From positions 11,007 through 75,006 of the forward strand of contig CAKQNS010000002.1 in assembly GCA_934255455.1 (NCBI GenBank): a stretch of 64,000 nt of DNA, written 5' to 3'. The stretch's first letter is position 1, and each line of letters starts with the position of its first letter. The stretch is from an uncultured Alphaproteobacteria bacterium (GTDB lineage Bacteria > Pseudomonadota > Alphaproteobacteria > Rs-D84). This document shows, piece after piece, positions 8,344 to 17,145 of this stretch. The notes beneath the pieces are model-generated. The model saw only the letters and a program-made list of their open reading frames with translations. It was not told the origin of the DNA and did no database searches. The position numbers were made by a program, and so were the translations under genes.

Positions 8344-8441
8344 AAAGTTCAAATACCAAAGTGCAAAGTTCAAATAATGTGTGCGCCGGATGACGCACTG
8401 CTTTATTCATTTGAACTTTGAACTCTGAACTTTGAACTTTT
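8343..8441. repeat. ~98-bp palindromic repeat element: AAAGTTCAAA-type arms around central hairpin gtgcgccggatgacgcac
   Basis: Imperfect inverted arms (aaagttcaaataccaaagtgcaaagttcaaataa … ttattcatttgaactttgaactctgaactttgaacttt). About 95% identical to the copy at 11341-11437. Confidence 0.8.
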
Positions 8442-8480
8442 CTTTTGACCCCGATTTTTTTTTTTACTAATATCCAAATC

Positions 8481-9272
8481 ATGGAAGAAAAGACAGCGAT
8501 TTCATTTGCAAATGTGGCCGCCGCGTACGACGGTGGGCGCGATGTTTTAACAGATGTTTCATTTAACATCAGTGCGGGGGCATTCTATTTCCTATCGGGC
8601 GCGTCGGGCGCGGGTAAAACCACCCTATTACGACTGATATACCAATTACACCGACCATCACGCGGGCAAATTAAATTATTCGGTCAACCAACCGACGGAA
8701 TTTCGCGCGACGATATTGCGCGCCTGCGTCACAAAATGGCGATTGTATTCCAAGAATATTCTTTGCTGTCACATTTGACGGTGTTTGACAACATTGCATT
8801 ACCGTTGCGTGTGCGCGGCCTGCCCGATGATAAAATAAAAAAATTGGTGGCCAAGGTTCTGGAATGGGTTGGCCTGGCCAAATATGCCGATGCAAACCCA
8901 ATGGCGCTGTCGGGCGGTCAACAACAACGCGTATCGGTTGCGCGTGCGATTATTAGCCAACCGGCGATATTACTGGCCGACGAACCGACCGGAAATCTGG
9001 ACGACGAAAACGCATCGCGGTTGATGGAACTGTTTATACAAATGAACAAAATGTTCGGCACAACGATAATTTTGGCCACCCATAATCAAAAATTGATGGA
9101 CACCTATAAATTCCCGGTTATTCACGTGGAAAACCATCGGGTTGGCTTTATTGGTGGCACGAAAAAGGCCCCTGCCCCGGAATCTGATGTGAAAAAGGTA
9201 TGGAAGGGCCCCAAGCCACAAAACTATTTTTCAGAATTATCAAAACAATTTGACGATATTGGGAACGCGTAA
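8481..9272 (+). CDS. ftsE: Cell-division ABC transporter ATPase FtsE
   Basis: Walker A GASGAGKTT, ABC signature LSGGQQQRV, Walker B LLADEPTGNLD. Stop overlaps the ftsX start. The ORF track begins at TTG 8445; ATG 8481 is the likely start. Confidence 0.85.
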   Translation: MEEKTAISFANVAAAYDGGRDVLTDVSFNISAGAFYFLSGASGAGKTTLLRLIYQLHRPSRGQIKLFGQPTDGISRDDIARLRHKMAIVFQEYSLLSHLTVFDNIALPLRVRGLPDDKIKKLVAKVLEWVGLAKYADANPMALSGGQQQRVSVARAIISQPAILLADEPTGNLDDENASRLMELFIQMNKMFGTTIILATHNQKLMDTYKFPVIHVENHRVGFIGGTKKAPAPESDVKKVWKGPKPQNYFSELSKQFDDIGNA

Positions 9273-10111
9273 TGAAAACACCTGTTGTATTTTCGCTGGT
9301 ACGCCAGCAATCTGTATTTATGACGGCAATTATGTCATTGCTGACATTTTTGGCGGTGCTGTCGCTGGGAATTGGATTGGCCATTGGTACCGGCGTTATG
9401 CGTTGGAATACCCAGTGGGATTTATTTGCAACGGTTCAAATAACCGATACAAAAAATGCCGCATCGGTAAAGCAAATTATTACCGATAATCACGACAAAA
9501 TGGCATCTGTTGATGAAATCACAACAACCGAAATGCAAAATTTAATGCGGCCGTGGCTGTCATCGGGTGGTGATACACTGAAAAAATACCTGCCACAAAT
9601 GTATGAAATAAAATTCAAATCTAAATCCGATTTGCAATATGTTGAACAGCAAATTTCAAATCGCGCGCGTTTTCTGACACATGCCAACGCGTTAAAGACA
9701 TCGACAAACGCGGGATGGTATTTGATTCTGATTTCAACACTGGTTTTGACAATGGTGTTGGGCACGATTGGCGTATGCATATCGTACATCGCACGCAATA
9801 CCGCAATGCTGCATAAACGCGAATTAGAAATATTAAACCAAATTGGCGCATCCGATTCGTTTGTTGCCCGCCAAATGCAAATCATTGTGGCAAAAATATC
9901 TGCAACATCGGGCCTGGTTGGGTTTATGGCGGCGGCATTGATTTTAATGATGGTGCTGGGCGCCGCACGCACCGCACGGGTTGGACTGATGGCGATGCTG
10001 GGGTTATCTGGGTGGGGATGGTTTGCATTGGCGTTGTTGCCGGTGGTAATTATGTTTTTCGCAATGGAAATTTCACGCCGTACGACATTAAAGATTCTTG
10101 AAAATAATTGA
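9272..10111 (+). CDS. ftsX: Cell-division permease FtsX
   Basis: 279 aa with four TM segments in FtsX topology (N-terminal TM, periplasmic loop, three C-terminal TM). Translationally coupled to ftsE. Confidence 0.75.
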   Translation: MKTPVVFSLVRQQSVFMTAIMSLLTFLAVLSLGIGLAIGTGVMRWNTQWDLFATVQITDTKNAASVKQIITDNHDKMASVDEITTTEMQNLMRPWLSSGGDTLKKYLPQMYEIKFKSKSDLQYVEQQISNRARFLTHANALKTSTNAGWYLILISTLVLTMVLGTIGVCISYIARNTAMLHKRELEILNQIGASDSFVARQMQIIVAKISATSGLVGFMAAALILMMVLGAARTARVGLMAMLGLSGWGWFALALLPVVIMFFAMEISRRTTLKILENN

Positions 10112-10620
10112 TGAAAATTTTAACACCATCTTTGCTGTTATTTGGATTATTCATATTGGGGGGCATAGTGTTCAAATCTATGGCCCCGACCCAATGTGGG
10201 CCAATACAATCAAACGACAGTATATTTGTTCTGACCGGGGATATGCGGCGTATACCGTTTGCAATGCGCATTGGGCGCCAATATCCCGACACGCAAATAT
10301 ACATCATTGGCGTTGGTGCCCCCACATCATACGAAATGACAAACCGCATCAATGTTGAATCGCAATCGAAATCAACATATCAAAATGCCGTGGCCATACG
10401 CGACATTGTTGCCCGCGAAAACCTGGCCCGCATTGTCGTCATAACGACCGAGGATCATATCAATCGTGCCATATATTTATTGCACGACGAATTACCCAAC
10501 ACGGACATAGTTGCATGCCCTGCTCGACTGTACGGTATGCCACCACCACAACGATTACAACGTTGGATAACCGAGTATATAAAATACATCGTCACAATGA
10601 CCGGAATCAAGGAAAGTTAA
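10108..10620 (+). CDS. DUF218 (YdcF/ElyC/SanA-family) envelope protein
   Basis: N-terminal TM, …IFVLTGDMRRI…STYQNAVAIRDI…IVVITTEDHINRA… typical of DUF218. Start overlaps the ftsX stop (ATGA). Confidence 0.6.
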   Translation: MMKILTPSLLLFGLFILGGIVFKSMAPTQCGPIQSNDSIFVLTGDMRRIPFAMRIGRQYPDTQIYIIGVGAPTSYEMTNRINVESQSKSTYQNAVAIRDIVARENLARIVVITTEDHINRAIYLLHDELPNTDIVACPARLYGMPPPQRLQRWITEYIKYIVTMTGIKES

Positions 10621-10630
10621 AGGAACAAAT

Positions 10631-11341
10631 ATGATGATAAAGACCGTGATATTTAAATTAGTATTGGCAATATATTATGTCGTGTGGTCACCAATTATTT
10701 TGATTGGATTGGTGTCCAAACCGCTGAACGATTTTCTGGTGCGGACATGTGCCGGTGGCGTTTTAGTGCTGGCCCGATTGATTGTTGGCATAAAATATGA
10801 AATACACTGTCCCCCAACCGAAGAAAACGGCATTCCATGCACGCCAAATGATAACGCGCGTCTGGACGGCAAGGCCATAATTGCCGCCAAACACATGTCT
10901 ATATTGGAAATAGCCATTTTGGCGACGCATATTCCAAATTCTTTTTTCATTGTAAAACGTGAAATTATATGGTTCCCAATTTACGGGTGGGCGTTTTGGC
11001 GTATGGGCCTGCAACCGGTGAACCGTGCGCGTGGCGCGACAAATATGCACAAATTGGCAACCAATGTGGCCGAAAAAATTATGGATGGCAAAATTCTGAT
11101 TATTTTCCCCGAGGGCACGCGTGTAAAACCAGGCCAACATATTTCATTGAAACGCGGCCTGTTGTACCTGGCCCATGAATTAAAATTACCCATTTTGCCG
11201 GTGGGAACCGATACAGGACTGTATTGGCCCAAACATGGCCGTATGCGTGGCGGCACCGCCAATGTTTGGTTTGAACCAATGCTGCCTTGCAACGCGTCAC
11301 TGGATGAAATCAGCGCAGCAATCAACCGCCACAGCGCATAA
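10631..11341 (+). CDS. plsC: 1-acyl-sn-glycerol-3-phosphate acyltransferase (LPLAT family)
   Basis: N-terminal TM; acyltransferase motifs (…AAKHMSILE… block I variant, FPEGTR block III, PILPVG block IV). Confidence 0.7.
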   Translation: MMIKTVIFKLVLAIYYVVWSPIILIGLVSKPLNDFLVRTCAGGVLVLARLIVGIKYEIHCPPTEENGIPCTPNDNARLDGKAIIAAKHMSILEIAILATHIPNSFFIVKREIIWFPIYGWAFWRMGLQPVNRARGATNMHKLATNVAEKIMDGKILIIFPEGTRVKPGQHISLKRGLLYLAHELKLPILPVGTDTGLYWPKHGRMRGGTANVWFEPMLPCNASLDEISAAINRHSA

Positions 11342-11437
11342 AAGTTCAAATACCAAAGTACAAAGTTCAAATAATGTGTGCGCCGAATGGCGCACTGCTT
11401 TATTCATTTGAACTTTGAACTCTGAACTTTGAACTTT
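11341..11437. repeat. Second full copy of the ~98-bp AAAGTTCAAA palindromic element (central hairpin gtgcgccgaatggcgcac)
   Basis: Near-identical to 8343-8441. Starts on the plsC stop codon. Confidence 0.8.
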
Positions 11438-11843
11438 ATTTGCACCATCCATCACGACGGCCACCACTGTATGGGCGCCCCAGTTTTTCGTCTATTAAAA
11501 TTTGCCCTATATCACGGTCGTCAATAAACACCAATGCATCAATCCGCCCCAAATATTTATCATCTTTTATCTGGCGCAAATCGGCCGTTTTGCCAATGGG
11601 CAACAACTGTTCCAACCGCGCGCGTGCACGATTTGCATCGCGTATCTCTGATTCACATGCACCATGAATTTCCGGCGTATCAACATTTCGTATGCGAACA
11701 CGCACGGTAATTTTTGTATCGTCGGCCAGCATAACACGCCCCGCAAAAGTATCGCCATCAATAATATAATCAACCACAACCGGCATGGCGTTTGCCACCC
11801 CAGTAACAAATAAAACCACCAAAAACGAAACTATCTTGAACAT
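11436..11843 (-). CDS. Secreted thermonuclease (SNase-like) family nuclease
   Basis: Signal peptide. …VVDYIIDGDTF…VRIRNVDTPEI… matches the staphylococcal-nuclease-like Ca-binding/active-site motifs (DGDT, DTPE). Confidence 0.6.
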   Translation of the reverse strand: MFKIVSFLVVLFVTGVANAMPVVVDYIIDGDTFAGRVMLADDTKITVRVRIRNVDTPEIHGACESEIRDANRARARLEQLLPIGKTADLRQIKDDKYLGRIDALVFIDDRDIGQILIDEKLGRPYSGGRRDGWCK

Positions 11844-11900
11844 CTATTCTCTATGCTCTATTATCTATGCTCTAAAAATGCGCCGTATGGCACATTTTTT
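11841..11900 (-). terminator. CTCTAAAAA-hairpin terminator module (copy b) at the 3' end of tolB
   Basis: catctattctctatgctctattatctatgctctaaaaatgcgccgtatggcacatttttt. Hairpin with one mismatch plus T-run. Abuts the nuclease start codon. Confidence 0.45.
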
Positions 11901-13218
11901 ATGGCAATTTGGGCGACCATGTTGGTTCAACGCCGTTTACCTCGTCGGGCAATGGAATGTCGTAAACATTTTGTCCGGTAATATCAACACTGCGAATATG
12001 GCTGATGCGTTCGATACCATCCAGGGCCTTTTCCGTTTCATAATATACCACCCGGCGCGAGCCTGGTGCCCAGGATGGGGCCTCCATATACCAGCCACCG
12101 GCCAATATTTTTTCATTGCGACCACGCGGGTCCATTACGCCTATATAGAATGTATCGTCAGCCATTTTAGTAAACGCAATAAATTGGCCATCGGGCGACC
12201 ACGCCGGTGTCGCATACCGACCCGCCCCGTATGTCAGGCGCGTTGGTTCCAATTTATCCAAATCCATAACCCATATTTGTTGGTTGCCACTGCGGTCTGA
12301 ATTAAACGCCATTTTTTTGCCATCGGGCGAATACGACGGACTGGTGTTCAATGAATTTCCAGATGTCAATTGGCGCAAAGATTTCTGTTCAATGTCGTAT
12401 TCATATATATGTGTTAAACCGTTTTTCACCAGCGACAGCGCAACACGCGACCCATCGGGCGAAAAACGCGGTGCGAAATTCATTCCGCCAAATTGCCCCA
12501 AACGACGTTGTTCACCGGTATCCAAATCCAACGTCCACACCATTGGATCATCATCGCGGAACGACAGGAAAACAACCGTTTGCATATTCGGCGAAAAATG
12601 CGGCGACATAACAAATGTATTTTTATCAGACAAATACCGCATTCCATATCCATCTTGGTCCATAATGGCCATCCGCTTTACGCGTTCACCAACCGGCCCT
12701 GTTTCGGCAATAAATACTATTTGGGTGTCGAAATATCCGATTTCCCCGGTCAGACGTTCATATATTGCATCGGCCATAATATGTGCCAAACGACGCACCG
12801 ATTTTTTGGACGATACCAGCGACTGCGCCTCAATCTGTTCTTTGCCGGCAACATCCCAAACATAAAATTCCAATTTATATCGCCCATCAGATTCCGCTTT
12901 CAATGTTGCCTGGACCAATACCTGGGCTTTAATGGCCGCCCATAACCCAAAATTAGGCATATCGCCCATCTTTACATATTCGGGCAACGCATCGTGCGAA
13001 ACAATGCGAAACAGTCCCGTTGATTTCAAATCGCGTTCAACAACATCGCGTACCATGGCGGCATCTTTGGACGATGCGCCCGCCCCTAATTCAAACTTTT
13101 GTACGGCAATTGATATAGGCTCGGTCGCACCAGCAATAATATCAACCTTTAATTCAGCATGCGCCGGCAACGCAAATGCGACACACAAAATAAACAAAGA
13201 CAATATCTTTTTTAACAT
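11899..13218 (-). CDS. tolB: Tol-Pal system periplasmic beta-propeller protein TolB
   Basis: Signal peptide MLKKILSLFILCVAFALPAHA (ATG 13218 with RBS AAAGGAAA). N-terminal TolB domain and C-terminal WD-like propeller repeats (…SPDGSRVAL…SPDGKKMAF…SPDGQFIAF…). Confidence 0.9.
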   Translation of the reverse strand: MLKKILSLFILCVAFALPAHAELKVDIIAGATEPISIAVQKFELGAGASSKDAAMVRDVVERDLKSTGLFRIVSHDALPEYVKMGDMPNFGLWAAIKAQVLVQATLKAESDGRYKLEFYVWDVAGKEQIEAQSLVSSKKSVRRLAHIMADAIYERLTGEIGYFDTQIVFIAETGPVGERVKRMAIMDQDGYGMRYLSDKNTFVMSPHFSPNMQTVVFLSFRDDDPMVWTLDLDTGEQRRLGQFGGMNFAPRFSPDGSRVALSLVKNGLTHIYEYDIEQKSLRQLTSGNSLNTSPSYSPDGKKMAFNSDRSGNQQIWVMDLDKLEPTRLTYGAGRYATPAWSPDGQFIAFTKMADDTFYIGVMDPRGRNEKILAGGWYMEAPSWAPGSRRVVYYETEKALDGIERISHIRSVDITGQNVYDIPLPDEVNGVEPTWSPKLP

Positions 13219-13374
13219 AATAAATTTCCTTTCCATACTTATACGCGTTTTATTCTATATTCATCCATTCAAAAAATCAAACATCTATTACCCGCGGCGC
13301 CATTATTCGCCCACAACGCAACCGCCCACACAGCGGTCATTACAGAGGTAATTACACCCGTATTCACATTTGTA

Positions 13375-13402
13375 TTGACAAACGCCAATACAATGTTATA
13401 GT
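13375..13402 (+). promoter_or_regulatory. Candidate sigma70-type promoter (TTGACA-N16-TATAGT) overlapping an inverted repeat tgtattg…caataca
   Basis: Near-consensus -35/-10, 45 bp upstream of the 13448 ORF. RBS TAGGAG at 13435-13440. Confidence 0.45.
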
Positions 13403-13447
13403 CATCTGTAAATACGCCAGTATTGTAGTTAGTATAGGAGTTCGTAT

Positions 13448-13672
13448 ATGCCAAATGTTATGCAGCAATTGTTCATAATGAACATAGAATCATTGCTGCG
13501 CGAATATGCCGCATACCGCGCGTTTAATAAATCAGATTGCGTTATAAATATGCGAATTCCACGCCCTATTCTGGACCGAATTAAACAGCTGGCGGACGAA
13601 CAGCATGTGCCGTATCAATCACTGATTTCGTCTGTACTGTTTTCACTGGCAAATATCGAAGATAAAAAATAA
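13448..13672 (+). CDS. CopG/RHH-type BrnA-like antitoxin-family small DNA-binding protein (orphan)
   Basis: 74 aa. …INMRIPRPILDRIKQLADEQHVPYQSLISSVLFSLAN matches the COG3514/BrnA pattern I.LRLP…L…IK.LA….VPYQSL. No BrnT-like partner ORF on either side. Confidence 0.5.
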   Translation: MPNVMQQLFIMNIESLLREYAAYRAFNKSDCVINMRIPRPILDRIKQLADEQHVPYQSLISSVLFSLANIEDKK

Positions 13673-13680
13673 ATAGTAAA

Positions 13681-13720
13681 ACAAAAAACAGGTGCCAAAT
13701 TTGGCACCTGTTTTTAATCC
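13681..13720. terminator. Bidirectional intrinsic terminator (caggtgccaaatttggcacctg flanked by A- and T-runs)
   Basis: Perfect 9-bp stem between the convergent genes at 13448-13672 (+) and 13733-14083 (-). Confidence 0.7.
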
Positions 13721-13732
13721 AACAAATGGCAA

Positions 13733-14083
13733 TTACCAATTCAAAATAACATCTGAACAACCAATTGTTCCCATACCACTTTCACTCAAGAAGAAAGACA
13801 AAACCATACCTATACCAAACAGCATCACAAAGCCAACCAACATACCGGTACCCTTGTCTTTCAAATCGTCTTTTTTAACCTCGCCTTTCGAGATATAACC
13901 CCACGCCCAACCGGCGATAACAAATGCCGCACCAACGAACGCCAACGTGCGCAATGTTTCAAACACAGCCTTCATACTGAGAATCAATTCGCACAACCCA
14001 TTGCCCCCGGGCGCCGCATGTGCCGACATCGTTACAAAAATTCCAATCAGTGCAAAATTTGCCTTGTTCAACAATTTTTTCAT
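13733..14083 (-). CDS. VirB2/TrbC-family type IV secretion pilin-like protein
   Basis: 116 aa from ATG 14083 (RBS AAGGAAAAGGGG). Cleavable signal MKKLLNKANFALIGIFVTMSAHA, then two hydrophobic helices separated by a short charged loop (…LAFVGAAFVIAGWAWGYISKG-EVKKDDLKDKGTG-MLVGFVMLFGIGMVLSFFL…), the VirB2/TrbC pilin architecture. C-terminus …VILNW. Confidence 0.5.
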   Translation of the reverse strand: MKKLLNKANFALIGIFVTMSAHAAPGGNGLCELILSMKAVFETLRTLAFVGAAFVIAGWAWGYISKGEVKKDDLKDKGTGMLVGFVMLFGIGMVLSFFLSESGMGTIGCSDVILNW

Positions 14084-14160
14084 AAAAAACCCCTTTTCCT
14101 TTTGGGGTAATTTTATCATAAATTCTGTCCCCATTCAAATACATTTTACAAACAATTACG

Positions 14161-14246
14161 CGCACCGTTTGGTGCGCGTAATATCTGTTATCTATGTTCT
14201 GTTGTCTATTCTCTAAAAAAAAATGCGCCGACGGCGCATTTTTTAT
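14161..14246 (-). terminator. CTCTAAAAA-hairpin terminator module (copy c): two hairpins (gcgcaccgtttggtgcgc; gcgccgacggcgc) plus T-run at the 3' end of the lipoprotein gene
   Basis: Same tatctgttatctatgttct…ctctaaaaa…gcgccgNNggcgc…tttttt layout as copies at 1701 and 11841. Confidence 0.5.
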
Positions 14247-14629
14247 TATTGTGCAACGATGACATAACGGCGTTTCAGCACAGGTTGACCACATGTCGCG
14301 CAACCACACGATGGGTTTGCAACCTGAACAGGTTGGGCAACCGTGACTTCGCGTGCCGCTGGGACCAAAATGCGGCGATCGTGACGCGGTTCCTGGCCCA
14401 GGTTATCGCGTTCATACAAATCTGCGCAACGGGTATTGCGATAAACGATTTTCTTGCTGTTGTCCATATCGGAAATTTCACGATTGAAACGATGACCTTC
14501 TTCGCCGATATAATATACGCAATCTTCGCCTTCTTGGGAATATTTCACGCCACCCTTGTAATAATCATAACTGCCAGCGCAGCCAACCAATGCCGTTAAA
14601 GCAAAAACAGAAACCAAAGTTTTTTTCAT
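14246..14629 (-). CDS. Hypothetical lipoprotein
   Basis: MKKTLVSVFALTALVGC lipobox. Cys-containing C-terminal region (CGCATCGQPV). No recognisable domain. Confidence 0.5.
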   Translation of the reverse strand: MKKTLVSVFALTALVGCAGSYDYYKGGVKYSQEGEDCVYYIGEEGHRFNREISDMDNSKKIVYRNTRCADLYERDNLGQEPRHDRRILVPAAREVTVAQPVQVANPSCGCATCGQPVLKRRYVIVAQ

Positions 14630-14789
14630 AATATGTGTCCCTTTGTTAAACACCGTTTTGTTTCTCTGCCATCTCCCGATTCGTGATTCTATTGTTGCAC
14701 AAAATCCGTCATTGTCAAGATTTGTTGTAAATTTTCCGCGGGCACCACCGCCACAAATATGGTATAATCACCGCAAAAGGAAATGTATT

Positions 14790-15734
14790 ATGAAATATTC
14801 TGAATTTGGTTTGGTAAACACCCGCGCAACATTTGCCGACGCAATTCGTCGCCACTATGCGGTGCCGGCATTTAATTTCTATAATATGGAAACATTGCAG
14901 GCCATTTTGTCCGCCGCACGCGACGCGCACAGCCCGGTTATTCTGGCCGTGTCTGAATCCGCGCTGAAATACATGGGCGGCGATATGCTGATGGGAATGA
15001 TACGCGGCGCGAACATTCGCGACAACGAACGCATAACATTGCACCTGGACCACGGGGCCAGTTTTGACGCATGTAAAACGGCACTGGAACTGGGATTTTC
15101 ATCCGTTATGATTGACGCCAGCAAATTGCCATTTGACGGAAACATGGAACTGTCGCGTCGCGTTGCCGAATTGGCACACAAATACGACGCATCGGTCGAA
15201 GCGGAATTGGGCACCATATCCGGCATCGAAGACGAAAATACTTTTTCCGACCATTCCAGTTATACCGACCCCAACGATGTAATAAAATTTGTGAACGCAA
15301 CCGGAATTGATTCATTGGCCATCGCCATCGGAACCAGCCACGGCGCATATAAACGCAAAAACGAAAATGAAAAACTGCGCCTGGATATATTGGATGAAAT
15401 CGCCAAACAATTACCGGAATTTCCACTGGTATTGCACGGTGCATCCAGCATTCCGCAACACTTTGTCAAAACCATAAATGAATTTGGTGGCGCACTGCCC
15501 GGTGCACTGGGCATTGACACACAACAATTACGCGCGGCGACCGAAATGAACATTTGCAAAATAAATGTCGACAGCGATTCCCGTCTGGCATTTACCGCGG
15601 GCGTCCGTGCGACGCTGGGCCAACACCCCGAAATGTTTAACCCGCGCGATTTCCTGAAATCCGCCCGCCAGAATATCTATGACAACTGCATAGATGAAAT
15701 CAAAAACATCATGGGTTCGGATAATAAGTTGTAA
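14790..15734 (+). CDS. fba: Class II fructose-bisphosphate aldolase
   Basis: …AVPAFNFYNMETLQAILSAA…PVILAVSESA…LHLDHGASF…SVMIDAS…GTSHGAYK…LVLHGASSIP… conserved class II FBA Zn-binding and active-site blocks. ATG 14790 with AAAGGAAA RBS. Confidence 0.9.
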   Translation: MKYSEFGLVNTRATFADAIRRHYAVPAFNFYNMETLQAILSAARDAHSPVILAVSESALKYMGGDMLMGMIRGANIRDNERITLHLDHGASFDACKTALELGFSSVMIDASKLPFDGNMELSRRVAELAHKYDASVEAELGTISGIEDENTFSDHSSYTDPNDVIKFVNATGIDSLAIAIGTSHGAYKRKNENEKLRLDILDEIAKQLPEFPLVLHGASSIPQHFVKTINEFGGALPGALGIDTQQLRAATEMNICKINVDSDSRLAFTAGVRATLGQHPEMFNPRDFLKSARQNIYDNCIDEIKNIMGSDNKL

Positions 15735-15743
15735 AGGCACAAA

Positions 15744-17009
15744 ATGAAATTTGCACCACGCATACATAAATTATCAAATGACCTGAATGTTATTCTGGAC
15801 AATTTTGATATCGCAACCGCATGCGTCGAAATCGCAATACACTCTGGGGCCACGGACGAATCCGACGCGTCCGAATTCGGCATAACGCACTTTGTTGAAC
15901 ACATGCTGTCCAAGGGAACGCACCAACACCCGGACACAATGGACAACACAACCAATATTCCCATATCTATTGGCGGTGTGCGCAATGCCGGAACAACATA
16001 CGACAAGATGTGTTTGTTTGGGCGCGTGCTGGCCGAAAATCTGGATAAACTGCTGGGGCTGTTTTCAGAACAATTGCGCGAATCCCTGTTTGACCCGCAC
16101 AAGATTGAAATTGAACGCGACGTAATTCTGGACGAATACAGACGCAAAATGATGGACAGCGCGGCCGTGTTTAACATATTTTCCAATGAAAAATTATTTG
16201 GCGCGCATAATATTCTGGGGACGCCAGATACTATAAAATCATTTCCACGCGAACAACTGGTATATTATTTTTATAAAATATTGTCTGCACAAAATATGAC
16301 CATCTGCATATCTGGGAAAATCATTGATTCAGAAAAAACATTACAACATTTGGAACAATTGTTCGGATGGATTCCATCATTCCCAGTGCATCACACACAA
16401 CAAAAAATTATATCAATCGTTGCACATAATCCAAAAAACAATCAGGCAAACATTCAATTGCGCTTTGCGTTTGAAAATACAATTCCCACTGATTTACAAC
16501 ATAGACCCCAAACACTGGCTGCGAACAGATTCAGTTTCTTGTTGGGAAAAAAATTGTACGAAATTATTCGCAACAAACTGGGACTGGCATACGGCATATC
16601 CACAGCACATTTTGGCAACGCATGCGTATATGCGAACAGCATAAACACATCAACCGGCCCACAAAATATTGACGCGGTAATTGCAACGATTGCGCGCGAA
16701 TGTGCCACTGCGCGCATGAAACCCGAAATTTCCGATGACGATGTTGCGCGGCTGCGCATGCTGATGAAATTACAATTTGCCGACATCATGGAATCCGCAT
16801 CAAAACGCTGTGGAAAACTGTTGGAACATTGGCATCAATATGGCGCACTTTACGATCTGATGGGGGAAATGTACATAAATGACCAAATGACAAAATCAAA
16901 CATCATTGACGCCGCAAAAAATTTCTTTGCTCCGCCGGCATCAATCCTGACCCAAGGGCCAGAGATAAGTTCTGATTTGCAAAAAATCTGGAACGATAAT
17001 TTCAAATAA
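15744..17009 (+). CDS. M16-family zinc metallopeptidase (pitrilysin/insulinase-like)
   Basis: Inverted zinc motif HFVEH (HxxEH) near the N-terminus. ~420 aa, two-domain M16 size. Confidence 0.75.
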   Translation: MKFAPRIHKLSNDLNVILDNFDIATACVEIAIHSGATDESDASEFGITHFVEHMLSKGTHQHPDTMDNTTNIPISIGGVRNAGTTYDKMCLFGRVLAENLDKLLGLFSEQLRESLFDPHKIEIERDVILDEYRRKMMDSAAVFNIFSNEKLFGAHNILGTPDTIKSFPREQLVYYFYKILSAQNMTICISGKIIDSEKTLQHLEQLFGWIPSFPVHHTQQKIISIVAHNPKNNQANIQLRFAFENTIPTDLQHRPQTLAANRFSFLLGKKLYEIIRNKLGLAYGISTAHFGNACVYANSINTSTGPQNIDAVIATIARECATARMKPEISDDDVARLRMLMKLQFADIMESASKRCGKLLEHWHQYGALYDLMGEMYINDQMTKSNIIDAAKNFFAPPASILTQGPEISSDLQKIWNDNFK

Positions 17010-17012
17010 AAA

Positions 17013-17040
17013 CACGCGCCGAATGGCGCGTGGTTTTATT
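17013..17040 (+). terminator. Intrinsic terminator (cacgcgccgaatggcgcgtg plus TTTT)
   Basis: Perfect hairpin 4 bp after the M16 peptidase stop. Confidence 0.65.
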
Positions 17041-17145
17041 ATTTCAAAAAAAAATTAGAACGGTGCAGATGGTGGGTGTGACGAAGGCGAAGTGTATTAA
17101 ACATACACGAGCCGCCGCCACGCCCGCCAGATGTGCCGTTATAAA

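Noticed and set aside
12284-12945. Plus-strand ORFs antisense to tolB
   Set aside because: They overlap the well-supported tolB beta-propeller gene and have no independent signals.
14711-14769. Possible -35/-10 (ttgtca…tataat) upstream of fba
   Set aside because: The TATAAT at 14764-14769 is convincing, but no -35 element is at a workable spacing. Not reported as a feature.
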